NCBI GenBank assembly: GCA_042584585.1
Contig: JBHOSQ010000007.1
Span: 1-61,128 of the forward strand
DNA: 61,128 nt
DNA from: an archaeon
Lineage (GTDB): Archaea > B1Sed10-29 > WALL01
Direction: 5' to 3'
The translations under genes and the position numbers were made by a program. The notes below the pieces were generated by a model. The model saw only the letters and a program-made list of their open reading frames with translations, had not been told where the DNA came from and made no database searches. Shown piece by piece: positions 37,501 to 45,537 of the stretch (the stretch's first letter is position 1; the number at the start of each line of letters is the position of its first letter).

Positions 37501-38220
37501 TCAAATCAGCGGAGGCATCTCGAACGCCTTGCACTCGTACGAGGAAAGGACTGCTTCCCACTCTTCGATGGGCATGTCCCGCTTGTTGATTTCCTGTATC
37601 GTGCTGATTACCACGAGGCGGTCGCCACACGTGTCGGCAGCGTGGCAGCTGATGGCTGGCTCGTCGTTGGACAGGATATACCCCTTGCAGAACACCCCGA
37701 AGCCCATGTACTCGTGTGGCTCTGACGGGATGCAAGCGTCCTCTGCCTGCAGGCAGTCAACGACTATCACGTTGATGAAGGTTTCGGCTGGGTCGTCGGT
37801 GATTTCTTCGTCGAATACATAACGGTTAAGGGCGTAGCTTTGGCCATCTTCCTCGTTCATCCTGAAAAAGTTGTTCGCGTCGGTCATTGGCATTCCCTCA
37901 AACGCGGGGAATTCGACGCGCACGTAATCGTCTTCGTATAGCTCGGTTGGGTAAGGGGTTGCCACCGGGGTGGCAGTTGGAGCAGGAGTTGCCGTGGGGG
38001 CTAAAGTGGGATATGGAGTAGGCACTGGGGTTGGAGTGGGTGTACTGGACTGCATACTCACGGCGTACCAACCAATCAGCACGATAGCGGCGACCACTAT
38101 GATGCCTAGTACGTAGGCTTGGTTGGTCGTCAGCTTGGATTTTGCTGTTGGTTTGCTGGTTTTCTTCGCCGTAGTCTTCGCCGAAGACGGCTTGCGTTTA
38201 GTTGCTTTCTTTTTTGGCAT
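37501..38220 (-). CDS. Membrane-anchored surface protein with PT linker and Cys-containing domain
   Basis: Basic N-tail, single TM, PTPTP/ATP repeats, acidic C-domain with 6 Cys. Confidence 0.7.
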   Translation of the reverse strand: MPKKKATKRKPSSAKTTAKKTSKPTAKSKLTTNQAYVLGIIVVAAIVLIGWYAVSMQSSTPTPTPVPTPYPTLAPTATPAPTATPVATPYPTELYEDDYVRVEFPAFEGMPMTDANNFFRMNEEDGQSYALNRYVFDEEITDDPAETFINVIVVDCLQAEDACIPSEPHEYMGFGVFCKGYILSNDEPAISCHAADTCGDRLVVISTIQEINKRDMPIEEWEAVLSSYECKAFEMPPLI

Positions 38221-38356
38221 TCAGTTCACCCAAACAAGAGCTTGTCGGCCGGTGTGGCCTTCATGCGTTGTGCAACTCGCCGGGAGTATTTAAGGATTCT
38301 GCTGCAAAGCTTTTTTATAGTTGGTTCTCGTTTATTGGGTTCGATAGGTGTTCAAA

Positions 38357-39247
38357 ATGGCAGAGCGCAAACAAGAGTCAGTAATCCAGTGGAAAGAGCA
38401 GGACGAGGGGGAAATCGTTTACAGGTATCCGGACCAGGAGTTCTTGTGGATGTCCCAGTTGACCATCAGGGAGGACCAGGTGGCCGTGTTCTACAAGGAC
38501 GGGAAAGTCCTTGACGTCCTGGAGGCGGGGCGGCACTCGATGAACACGAAGAACCTGCCGCTGCTATACAATATAATCAAGAAAATCGGGATTTTTGACG
38601 AGGCGTCGCCGTTCAAGTCGGAATTGTTTTTCGTTTCTGTCAAGAAGTTCCAGGGTAACTTCGGGCTTACGGCGCAGACCAAGGACCTGGCTCCGCTGCA
38701 GGTGCACGGCAACTTTTGGTTCACTGTCGGCGACGCCAAAAAGTTCGTGCTTGACGTGGTGGGCGGGCAGAACGCTTACACGACCGAGGGCGTGAACGAG
38801 TTCATCAAGGGTTATGTTAACGAGCACATCATGAAAGAAATTTCCAAAGAGGGCCTGGACACTGTGTTCACGAAGCTCGGGGAATTGTCGTCCAAATCAG
38901 AAAAAGGCCTTGCCAAGGACATGAAGAACATTGGATTGTCATTGATTAACCTTCGTTTTGTCGGGGTGGACACTACGCCCGAGTACCGCGAGCGGTTGTT
39001 CTACTTGATGAAGGGCATGGACGTCACGCAGTACAAGGCGTTCGAGACCATGGAAAAGGTCGGCACCGCGCCAGGGACTGGCGGAGGCGGCACCATCGGC
39101 ATGGGCATGGGGCTTGGCATGGGCATGAGCGCGGCCAAGATGCTGCAGGGCACAATGGAACAAAAGGTGGCGTGCCCGCACTGCAACACGCCGAACCCGC
39201 CGGGCGCGAAGTTTTGCAGCGGCTGCGGGAAAAAGATGAAGAAGTGA
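38357..39247 (+). CDS. SPFH (YdjI/'virion core'-like) protein with C-terminal zinc ribbon
   Basis: IVYRYP, SQLTIREDQVAVF, GRHSMNTKNLP, GMGMGLGMG, CPHC...KFCSGCG. Confidence 0.85.
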   Translation: MAERKQESVIQWKEQDEGEIVYRYPDQEFLWMSQLTIREDQVAVFYKDGKVLDVLEAGRHSMNTKNLPLLYNIIKKIGIFDEASPFKSELFFVSVKKFQGNFGLTAQTKDLAPLQVHGNFWFTVGDAKKFVLDVVGGQNAYTTEGVNEFIKGYVNEHIMKEISKEGLDTVFTKLGELSSKSEKGLAKDMKNIGLSLINLRFVGVDTTPEYRERLFYLMKGMDVTQYKAFETMEKVGTAPGTGGGGTIGMGMGLGMGMSAAKMLQGTMEQKVACPHCNTPNPPGAKFCSGCGKKMKK

Positions 39248-39251
39248 ATAC

Positions 39252-40013
39252 ATGGTTAAGCTTGTCGCGTCAGTGTGCCCTAAGTGCGGGGCGAAAGTCA
39301 AAATCCCGAAAGAAGAGGGGCGGGGCTTCTGTAACTTTTGTGGGACAGAAATTTTGATGGACGACGAAGTGATTAAGCACTCCGTCAAAATGGACAAGAG
39401 TGGGGACGAGACGACGCTGATTGACTTGGGCGAGACGGCGATGGACGCCGGCCAGTTCCAAGAGGCAATTGGGTACATGAAGCAGGCGCTGGAGATTAAC
39501 CCGAAAAACATTTCGTCGTGGATAAATTATGCGGCTAGTTGTGGTGGTTTGGCGTATGGCGAGGGCGTTGGATTGTCTTATGCCAAGCGGAGCAACACTT
39601 ATTTCATGAAGGCCATTACTATCGCGAAAAAATCCAACAAGGAAGAGGACTGGGCGCTTTTACTGAATTATTTTGACAACACCAGCAGGGACACCTTTCT
39701 CCAGGAAACGATTATCGCCATCATGGACGCGAACAGCACCAAGAAGAAGTACAAGATGATGATAAAGGCGGGACAGCACTTGCGGAACCAAGGAAAAGAA
39801 GAAGAAGCAATGCAGCTGTTCGAGGAAGCGAAGAAAATAAAGCCGGACGACAAGGAATTGGTCGAGGCGCTGAAGGAAGAAAACGCGGGCAAGGCGAAGA
39901 GTGGTGGTGGGGGATTAGGCAACACAATAATCAAGATAATCGCGTTTATCTTCGGGTTGTTTTTGCTTTGGACGTTCGTTAGTTTTATAGCGTTCCTTAT
40001 GTTCGGCTACTGA
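39252..40013 (+). CDS. Zinc ribbon + TPR protein with C-terminal TM anchor
   Basis: CPKCGA...CNFCG; TPR (LGETAMDAGQFQEAIGYMKQALEINP); hydrophobic tail. Confidence 0.8.
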   Translation: MVKLVASVCPKCGAKVKIPKEEGRGFCNFCGTEILMDDEVIKHSVKMDKSGDETTLIDLGETAMDAGQFQEAIGYMKQALEINPKNISSWINYAASCGGLAYGEGVGLSYAKRSNTYFMKAITIAKKSNKEEDWALLLNYFDNTSRDTFLQETIIAIMDANSTKKKYKMMIKAGQHLRNQGKEEEAMQLFEEAKKIKPDDKELVEALKEENAGKAKSGGGGLGNTIIKIIAFIFGLFLLWTFVSFIAFLMFGY

Positions 40014-40017
40014 GCCA

Positions 40018-40464
40018 TTACATCGGCGGGAGTGCCGGGGTGTACGATAGCATCATCAGTAGAACCATCAAGAACCCAATGACAATTGTGGCCATGTTCA
40101 TTTTGAGGCTTGCCATCATTGCTTCCTTCAGTGGAAACGCTTTTTTGTTGAAGTGGTGCAGCACGCCGCCCTCAAACAAAATGATTGGGATTTCGAGTAG
40201 CCACATGCTTAGTTCTCCGCCGCCGTACACGATTGCCTCGAAGAACAGGAATCCGATGATGAGGTACGAAAGGATGTTTGCGCCGATTAGAGAGAGATAA
40301 GTCTTGATGACCGCTTTTTTCTTGTACAAGAAGTAGAAAACGCCGATTTCGACCACGATGTTGAACAGTAGGAACGGCATGAACATGCTTTCCCCGAGGG
40401 TGGGGAGCACGTTCGCGAGCGCCGGCACGAGCAATAACAGCAGGGAAGTCAAAAAGCGTTTCAT
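40018..40464 (-). CDS. Hypothetical membrane protein
   Basis: Signal-like N-terminus and four TM segments. Confidence 0.65.
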   Translation of the reverse strand: MKRFLTSLLLLLVPALANVLPTLGESMFMPFLLFNIVVEIGVFYFLYKKKAVIKTYLSLIGANILSYLIIGFLFFEAIVYGGGELSMWLLEIPIILFEGGVLHHFNKKAFPLKEAMMASLKMNMATIVIGFLMVLLMMLSYTPALPPM

Positions 40465-40516
40465 AATTCCTCTAACGAAGAACTACTATTTAAATCCCAA
40501 GCGCTTTTTTGCATGC

Positions 40517-40984
40517 ATGAAGGTGAAGAGCTGGAGACACTTGATTGGCTTCGTTGTCTTGAGCCAACTGGCGGGCGTCATCGGGTCAGTTTTCACGGTT
40601 GGCTCGGTTGGCACTTGGTACACTGCCCTTGTGAGGCCGGAGCTGGCTCCGCCGAACTGGGTGTTCGGCCCGGTGTGGATAACCCTATACTTCTTGATGG
40701 GCATTGCCGCGTACTTGGTGTGGCAAAAAGGCAAAAAGCCCGAAGCCGCCCTGCAATTGTTCGGGCTTCAGCTCGTGCTGAACACAATGTGGTCAATAAT
40801 CTTTTTCGGAATGCACAACCTTGCGCTCGCGCTCGCGGAAATTGTTTTGTTGTGGGGTGCAATCGTGCTGACAACCAAAGAGTTTTACCGCGTGGACAAG
40901 CACGCGGCGTACTTAATGGCGCCGTACATTCTGTGGGTTTCGTTCGCGGCGCTCCTTAACTATTGGTTCTGGGTGCTGAATTGA
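40517..40984 (+). CDS. tspO: TspO/MBR tryptophan-rich sensory protein
   Basis: WYTALVRPELAPPNWVFGPVW, QLVLNTMWS, PYILWVSFA. Confidence 0.92.
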   Translation: MKVKSWRHLIGFVVLSQLAGVIGSVFTVGSVGTWYTALVRPELAPPNWVFGPVWITLYFLMGIAAYLVWQKGKKPEAALQLFGLQLVLNTMWSIIFFGMHNLALALAEIVLLWGAIVLTTKEFYRVDKHAAYLMAPYILWVSFAALLNYWFWVLN

Positions 40985-41052
40985 AGGCGACTTTCGCGGG
41001 CGGGTGCTTTTGGTGCATCGAGGCCGATGTGGACGGGCCCGCGTTTGGGTAA
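40981..41052 (+). pseudogene. msrA: Truncated methionine sulfoxide reductase A remnant (23 codons)
   Basis: TTG start overlapping the tspO stop; MKATFAGGCFWCIEADVDGPAFG-stop, containing the MsrA GCFW motif. Confidence 0.8.
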
Positions 41053-41160
41053 GAAGCCCATTGGGTTTTGGATTCTGGGGCATAAAACCGGGTTTTTGCG
41101 GCTAAATGACGCCTAGGCTTATTAAGAGTGGTTAACCCGAAGCAATAGAGGAAGAGATAG

Positions 41161-42438
41161 ATGGATAATTTCGAGAAATTGGGTATTGACCCGCCTGTAC
41201 TGAAGATAATCAAAAAACAGGGCTTGGTCGAGCCCACAGAGATTCAAGTGAAATCAATCCCGTTGGGCTTGGAGGGGAAAGATATCGTGGCTATGTCAGC
41301 CACTGGTTCCGGAAAGACCCTGGTTTTTGCCACGATTTTGATTCACAATATTGATAGGGAGCGGGACATTCAGGCCGTGATTTTGACTCCTACTAGGGAG
41401 TTGACCGAGCAAGTGGCTCGGGCGGTCAGGGGTTTTGCCAAGTCCAAGAAGTTGGAAGTTGCCGAGATAATTGGTGGCGTGGCCATGGGCCCGCAGGTCA
41501 GTAAGCTTAAGACCGCGGACATTGTGGTTGGAACGCCGGGTAGGGTGTTGGACCACCTCACGAGGAGGACTATGCGGCTGAATTCTGTCAAGGTCCTTAT
41601 TTTGGACGAGGCCGACAGGATGTTTGACATGGGCTTTATCCGGGACGTCGAAAAGATAATGGGCTATTGCCCGTACAACAAGCAAACAATGCTTTTTTCT
41701 GCGACGATTAACGACGCGGTCATGCGGTTGTCCGAAAAGCATATGCATAAGCCTGTGACGGTTAGTGTGCAGAACTTTGTTGACCCAAGTAAATTGAAGC
41801 AAGTGTATTACGAGGTCGACAAGGGGCTTAAGTTTTCTTTGCTGGTCCACTTGATTAAAGCGGAAAAGCGCGGTTTGGTGATGGTGTTTTGTAACACCCG
41901 GAGGACCGTTGATTTTGTTCAAAAGAATTTGGCTGCCAACGGGGTGGAGGCGCATGCTTTGCACGGGGGCATGCCCCAGAACAAGCGGAGCAAAGTGATT
42001 AAGGATTTTCACTCGAACACGGTCCACGTTTTGGTGTGTACCGACGTGGCTGCCCGGGGGCTGGACATCAAGGGCGTGGAGCACATCTATAACTACAATC
42101 TTCCGCGTGACCCCACCGACTACATTCACCGGATTGGCCGGACGGCTAGGGCTGGTGAAGCAGGCAAAGCGATTAGCCTGTTGATTGCGGAAGAGCACAC
42201 AGAGTTTCGCGGAGTGGTTAACAAAACCAACGTTAAGATTGAAGAGATTGAGGCACCTGAAGTGCAAAGGGCGGACGTGAAGAGGCTAAAGCCAACCGGC
42301 AGGTCGGGGTATGGGGGAAGGCCAGGTGGTCGGCCAATGGGCCGGGGAAAACCAAGTGGCTCAAAACGGAAGCACGACCAGACCCGGAGTTATAGCCCGA
42401 AGCATTCGCCGCAGCGCAGGTCCAAGCCAAGGCGCTAA
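41161..42438 (+). CDS. DEAD-box RNA helicase
   Basis: ATGSGKT, PTRELT, TPGR, DEAD, SAT, ARGLD, HRIGRTARAG; basic RGG tail. Confidence 0.95.
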   Translation: MDNFEKLGIDPPVLKIIKKQGLVEPTEIQVKSIPLGLEGKDIVAMSATGSGKTLVFATILIHNIDRERDIQAVILTPTRELTEQVARAVRGFAKSKKLEVAEIIGGVAMGPQVSKLKTADIVVGTPGRVLDHLTRRTMRLNSVKVLILDEADRMFDMGFIRDVEKIMGYCPYNKQTMLFSATINDAVMRLSEKHMHKPVTVSVQNFVDPSKLKQVYYEVDKGLKFSLLVHLIKAEKRGLVMVFCNTRRTVDFVQKNLAANGVEAHALHGGMPQNKRSKVIKDFHSNTVHVLVCTDVAARGLDIKGVEHIYNYNLPRDPTDYIHRIGRTARAGEAGKAISLLIAEEHTEFRGVVNKTNVKIEEIEAPEVQRADVKRLKPTGRSGYGGRPGGRPMGRGKPSGSKRKHDQTRSYSPKHSPQRRSKPRR

Positions 42439-42539
42439 GACAACACTGCGGGGGAGAGAAAAGGTCCTCAGGAGCCTCAAGGGTTTTATAGTATATCCTG
42501 TTTAATTGGAGTATGGTTGAAAAGCCAAGAGAGGATACT

Positions 42540-42914
42540 ATGACAGGTCATGGAACATTTATTTGGAATGAACTTGACACTCCAGACCAAAAAAAGTGTG
42601 GAGAGTTTTACTGCAAACTCATAGGTTGGACCAAAAAAGAAATAGACGCAGGCCCAATGGGGACTTACACTACATTTCAACAGAAGGGGAGAGATGTTGC
42701 TGGAATGATGAATCCCACCGGTCCAATTGACGCTCCCCGATGGAGTGCATACATAGCTGTAAATGATATTGATGAATGTGCTGCAAAAGTAGAGGCTCTT
42801 GGAGGAAATATGTTAGTGAAACCTCATGACATCCCGGATGTTGGACGGGTTTGCATGATTGCAGATCCAGTGGGTGCAGCTGTTTGTTTAATGCAACCGA
42901 TTTCAAAAAAATAA
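42540..42914 (+). CDS. VOC/glyoxalase family protein (AT-rich)
   Basis: GTFIWNELDTPD, FYCKLIGW, WSAYIAV, DIPDVGR, ADPVGA. Confidence 0.88.
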   Translation: MTGHGTFIWNELDTPDQKKCGEFYCKLIGWTKKEIDAGPMGTYTTFQQKGRDVAGMMNPTGPIDAPRWSAYIAVNDIDECAAKVEALGGNMLVKPHDIPDVGRVCMIADPVGAAVCLMQPISKK

Positions 42915-42934
42915 AATCTTCATCTCTGCCATAA

Positions 42935-43007
42935 AGCCTCGGGAGGAATTTGAATCCCCGACCTTTCGCTTACGAGGCGAACGCTCTACCAGCTGAGCTA
43001 CCGAGGC
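42935..43007 (-). tRNA. tRNA-Thr(CGT)
   Basis: GCCTCGG/CCGAGGC acceptor; anticodon arm TTCGC-CTCGTAA-GCGAA; TTCAAAT T-loop; no intron; CCA not encoded. Confidence 0.95.
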
Positions 43008-43042
43008 ACGGGAGAAAGTTTTTCTTTGTTTTGTTTAAAAAG

Positions 43043-43567
43043 CTATTCGCAAATCTCTATATACCTGCGCCGAATCTCGCTCCAGAGCTCTTTGCCTTTG
43101 TCGGTCTGGATCGACTGCTCGCTTGACCCAAAGAATTCTTCCAGGTCCTCGCACGTGCGTTTGCTTTGCTTGTACTCCAGTGCCTGCAAAACCATTTCCA
43201 CTTTGTCCAGGTCGTGGACCAATTTGGCTTCGGGGGTTTGGTTTGCTTCGTATTCTTTCCACAGCTCGAACAACTCGGGCTGGGAAGCGAATAGTTTCTT
43301 GGCGGCCTCGTTGTCCTTGGCCTTTTTTTCTTCGCCGGGAATCGAGCCAAGTGGAATGTCGCCAGTGATCACTTCGGGCAAGTCGTGGACGAGAGCCATG
43401 CCGACGCACCTCAAAGTGTTTTCTTTGCAGTAGTGAAGCGCCATCAACGCAACCCGGTACGCGTGGTCCGTAACGGTCTCAGGGTTCTCGACGCCGCGGA
43501 GCGCCCACCCCGTGCGCGGCACTTCCTTTAGCTTGCCTACCCCTGAAAAGAAGTCCAGGTCCTTCAC
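43043..43567 (-). CDS. HD-domain phosphohydrolase (HDDC2/YfbR-like)
   Basis: LKEVPRTGW, ETVTDH, LVHDLPE, TGDIP, DLDKVE; start GTG 43567. Confidence 0.88.
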   Translation of the reverse strand: MKDLDFFSGVGKLKEVPRTGWALRGVENPETVTDHAYRVALMALHYCKENTLRCVGMALVHDLPEVITGDIPLGSIPGEEKKAKDNEAAKKLFASQPELFELWKEYEANQTPEAKLVHDLDKVEMVLQALEYKQSKRTCEDLEEFFGSSEQSIQTDKGKELWSEIRRRYIEICE

Positions 43568-44079
43568 TGGTGTTTCCTCCCGAAGTATTCTTTTAGGTAT
43601 TGGTCGAGTGGGTGAGCCGCTTCCACGGAACGGATTTCTTTTTCTTCTTTTTCGCCGCGCTTCTTGACGGTTACTTTTCCGTAGATGCTCCTTCTCCACG
43701 ACAAGTCAGGCGTGCGGATTCCGATTTCGTTGTCCTTGTAGTAGTCAATCGTTACTTTGCCGCTTTCGTGTGAGACTTCGACGCTCGCGTGCCCGCTTTT
43801 CGGGTTTTCCGTGAGCTCGGCAGTTATTCCTTGCGAGCGGAGCAGGCCAACGAGTGCCCCAGCCTGCTGGGAGGGGTCGCCCGCGCCCAAGTCGTCGTAT
43901 GCGTCAATCAAGAAGGGTGCAACGCCCTTGTCGGCGTACTCCATTTTTTCTTGGATGTGAATTGCCAACGAAAGCAGCTTTTGCTCGAATGGCGCCGTGG
44001 GATGGACAATCTCGTCCGCAAAGTGCTTGAACTCGTGGCGGTTTATCCCACCAATTCTTTCTTCAGGCATTTTGGGCAT
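43564..44079 (-). CDS. Transglutaminase-like fold protein lacking the catalytic Cys
   Basis: GDPSQQAGALVGLLRSQGITA...GHASVEV...TIDY matches GDC..A..L..LLRS.GI.A...HA..EV...D with Cys replaced by Pro. Confidence 0.55.
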   Translation of the reverse strand: MPKMPEERIGGINRHEFKHFADEIVHPTAPFEQKLLSLAIHIQEKMEYADKGVAPFLIDAYDDLGAGDPSQQAGALVGLLRSQGITAELTENPKSGHASVEVSHESGKVTIDYYKDNEIGIRTPDLSWRRSIYGKVTVKKRGEKEEKEIRSVEAAHPLDQYLKEYFGRKHQ

Positions 44080-44142
44080 AATCATTGTTTTGAAGCCACG
44101 ACAATAAAAGCTTTTTAAAGAAAGGGTTGCAATAATTAGTAC

Positions 44143-44412
44143 ATGGCCAAGGTAGTTGAAGAAAAGAAGGAAGAACGGGGTAAGCTCCCCCCTGGGTTTC
44201 CAACTCCACTACGGGAGATAGTTTCCATAACCCCAAAAAAGATTCTGGAGAACATGAGGACGTTTAGAGTGGGGGAAAAGGTTCAGCGATACTTCTCGAG
44301 CGGGAAGGGGTTCAGGTACAGCTTGGACACAAACGACAAAAGAGTAATCGAGTGGATGGGCCCAGTGAAGCAGATGGAACAGAAAAAGGGCATGTTGGGC
44401 TACTTGGACTAA
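44143..44412 (+). CDS. Hypothetical protein (89 aa)
   Basis: ORF with TATA (TTTTTAAA) about 25 nt upstream. Confidence 0.55.
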   Translation: MAKVVEEKKEERGKLPPGFPTPLREIVSITPKKILENMRTFRVGEKVQRYFSSGKGFRYSLDTNDKRVIEWMGPVKQMEQKKGMLGYLD

Positions 44413-44415
44413 GGC

Positions 44416-44793
44416 CTAGTAAGCCTCTATTTCCCTTACTGGAATCCCGAGCGACTTTATTTCCGCGATTTCTTTTTCAGCCATTTTGCCGCGCTTAAGC
44501 ACAACAATTTCTTTTACTTTTTCCCGCTTGGCAATCATGGGAATCTTTTCTTTGATGCTGCCCCACTCGTTGTAAATCTTTGAGCGCTTGCCGAACGAGT
44601 GAAGCATTTCGTCGATTTCTTTGAGCATTGTTTCCTTGTCGTCCAAGTTGGCCTGCATCTCCCCCGCCGTTAGGCCGGACGACTGGTCAATCAAGTAAAC
44701 GACGACGGTCAAGTCGGCCTGCCCGGCAGCCTCCAACAAAAACGATTTTTTCCACTCCAAGCCAGTAATGACAGGGATAAGAACGTTAGGCAA
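44416..44793 (-). CDS. UspA-like alpha/beta protein
   Basis: Start TTG 44793: MPNVLIPV...VVVYLID...WGSIKEKIPMIAKREKVKEIVV. Confidence 0.55.
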   Translation of the reverse strand: MPNVLIPVITGLEWKKSFLLEAAGQADLTVVVYLIDQSSGLTAGEMQANLDDKETMLKEIDEMLHSFGKRSKIYNEWGSIKEKIPMIAKREKVKEIVVLKRGKMAEKEIAEIKSLGIPVREIEAY

Positions 44794-45484
44794 GCGCGTA
44801 CACGCCCTCGCGCTTTTCGATGACGTCGCCCGACTCGCGGAGCACTTCGATGACCGTCCGCACAAGGCCTTCTTCCTCGCCGCACGCCGAAACTATTTCG
44901 GGCAAAGTCTTTTCCTTGTCGAGCGCCGAAGTTATTTTTGCGCCCACTGTTTCCACGGCGTCGCTCGTGGTGATATACACTTTTTTGTCGAACCCGCGCA
45001 CGCTCACCACCTCGCCGTTTTTTACTTCGTTCTCCAGCTTGGACAACACGTCCTTCGCGCGGTCAAGCGAGTCGATGGCCAAGTATTTTTGCTGGCCGAG
45101 CGGGCTTTTGGCGGGCTTTTCGCCGGACGCGAGGAACGAATAGTGGTCCCGGGAAATCGAGTACACGCCATTGTCCTTGTATTTGCCGCCCTCGTAGAAC
45201 TGCACGGCGCCTTTTTTCACCAGGCGGCCAAGGGTTTTTTGCTCGGGGTCTGACAGCGCGTTGCGCACGGTGTCTTTGGTGCGCTGCGCGAACTTGATTT
45301 CGTTCAGCTTTTTGAGGACCGCGAGCTCGTCGCTTGAGACGGCGCTGGACTTGCGGAGCCCTGCCAGTTCCTTGTCCAGTAATTCAAAGGAAACGGCGTC
45401 GCCTTGGTCGAGGGACAGTGCCTTGGCTACGTCTTCGGGAATCACGACCCAGAGCTCTCTCCCGCGCTGCTCGACTCTTGGCAC
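44786..45484 (-). CDS. AbrB/MazE-like N-domain + winged-HTH protein
   Basis: LWVVIPEDVAKALSLDQGDAVSF; C-terminal LPEIVSACG...VIEVLRESGDVIEKREGVY. Confidence 0.7.
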   Translation of the reverse strand: MPRVEQRGRELWVVIPEDVAKALSLDQGDAVSFELLDKELAGLRKSSAVSSDELAVLKKLNEIKFAQRTKDTVRNALSDPEQKTLGRLVKKGAVQFYEGGKYKDNGVYSISRDHYSFLASGEKPAKSPLGQQKYLAIDSLDRAKDVLSKLENEVKNGEVVSVRGFDKKVYITTSDAVETVGAKITSALDKEKTLPEIVSACGEEEGLVRTVIEVLRESGDVIEKREGVYALA

Positions 45485-45537
45485 GAAGAGGGTTATGATG
45501 GGCAGGATTTATATACATTCTATTAGTATAGGAGAGC

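Noticed and set aside
38357-39247. Provirus, based on the 'virion core protein' label for this SPFH family
   Set aside because: The label is a common annotation for cellular YdjI-like proteins; no capsid, terminase or integrase genes nearby.
42440-43007. Integrated element with att sites at tRNA-Thr
   Set aside because: Only a short AGCCTC match near 42473; no integrase and no convincing direct repeat.
44416-45484. AbrB/MazE toxin-antitoxin pair
   Set aside because: The AbrB-like protein is 232 aa with extra domains, and the partner resembles UspA rather than PIN or MazF.
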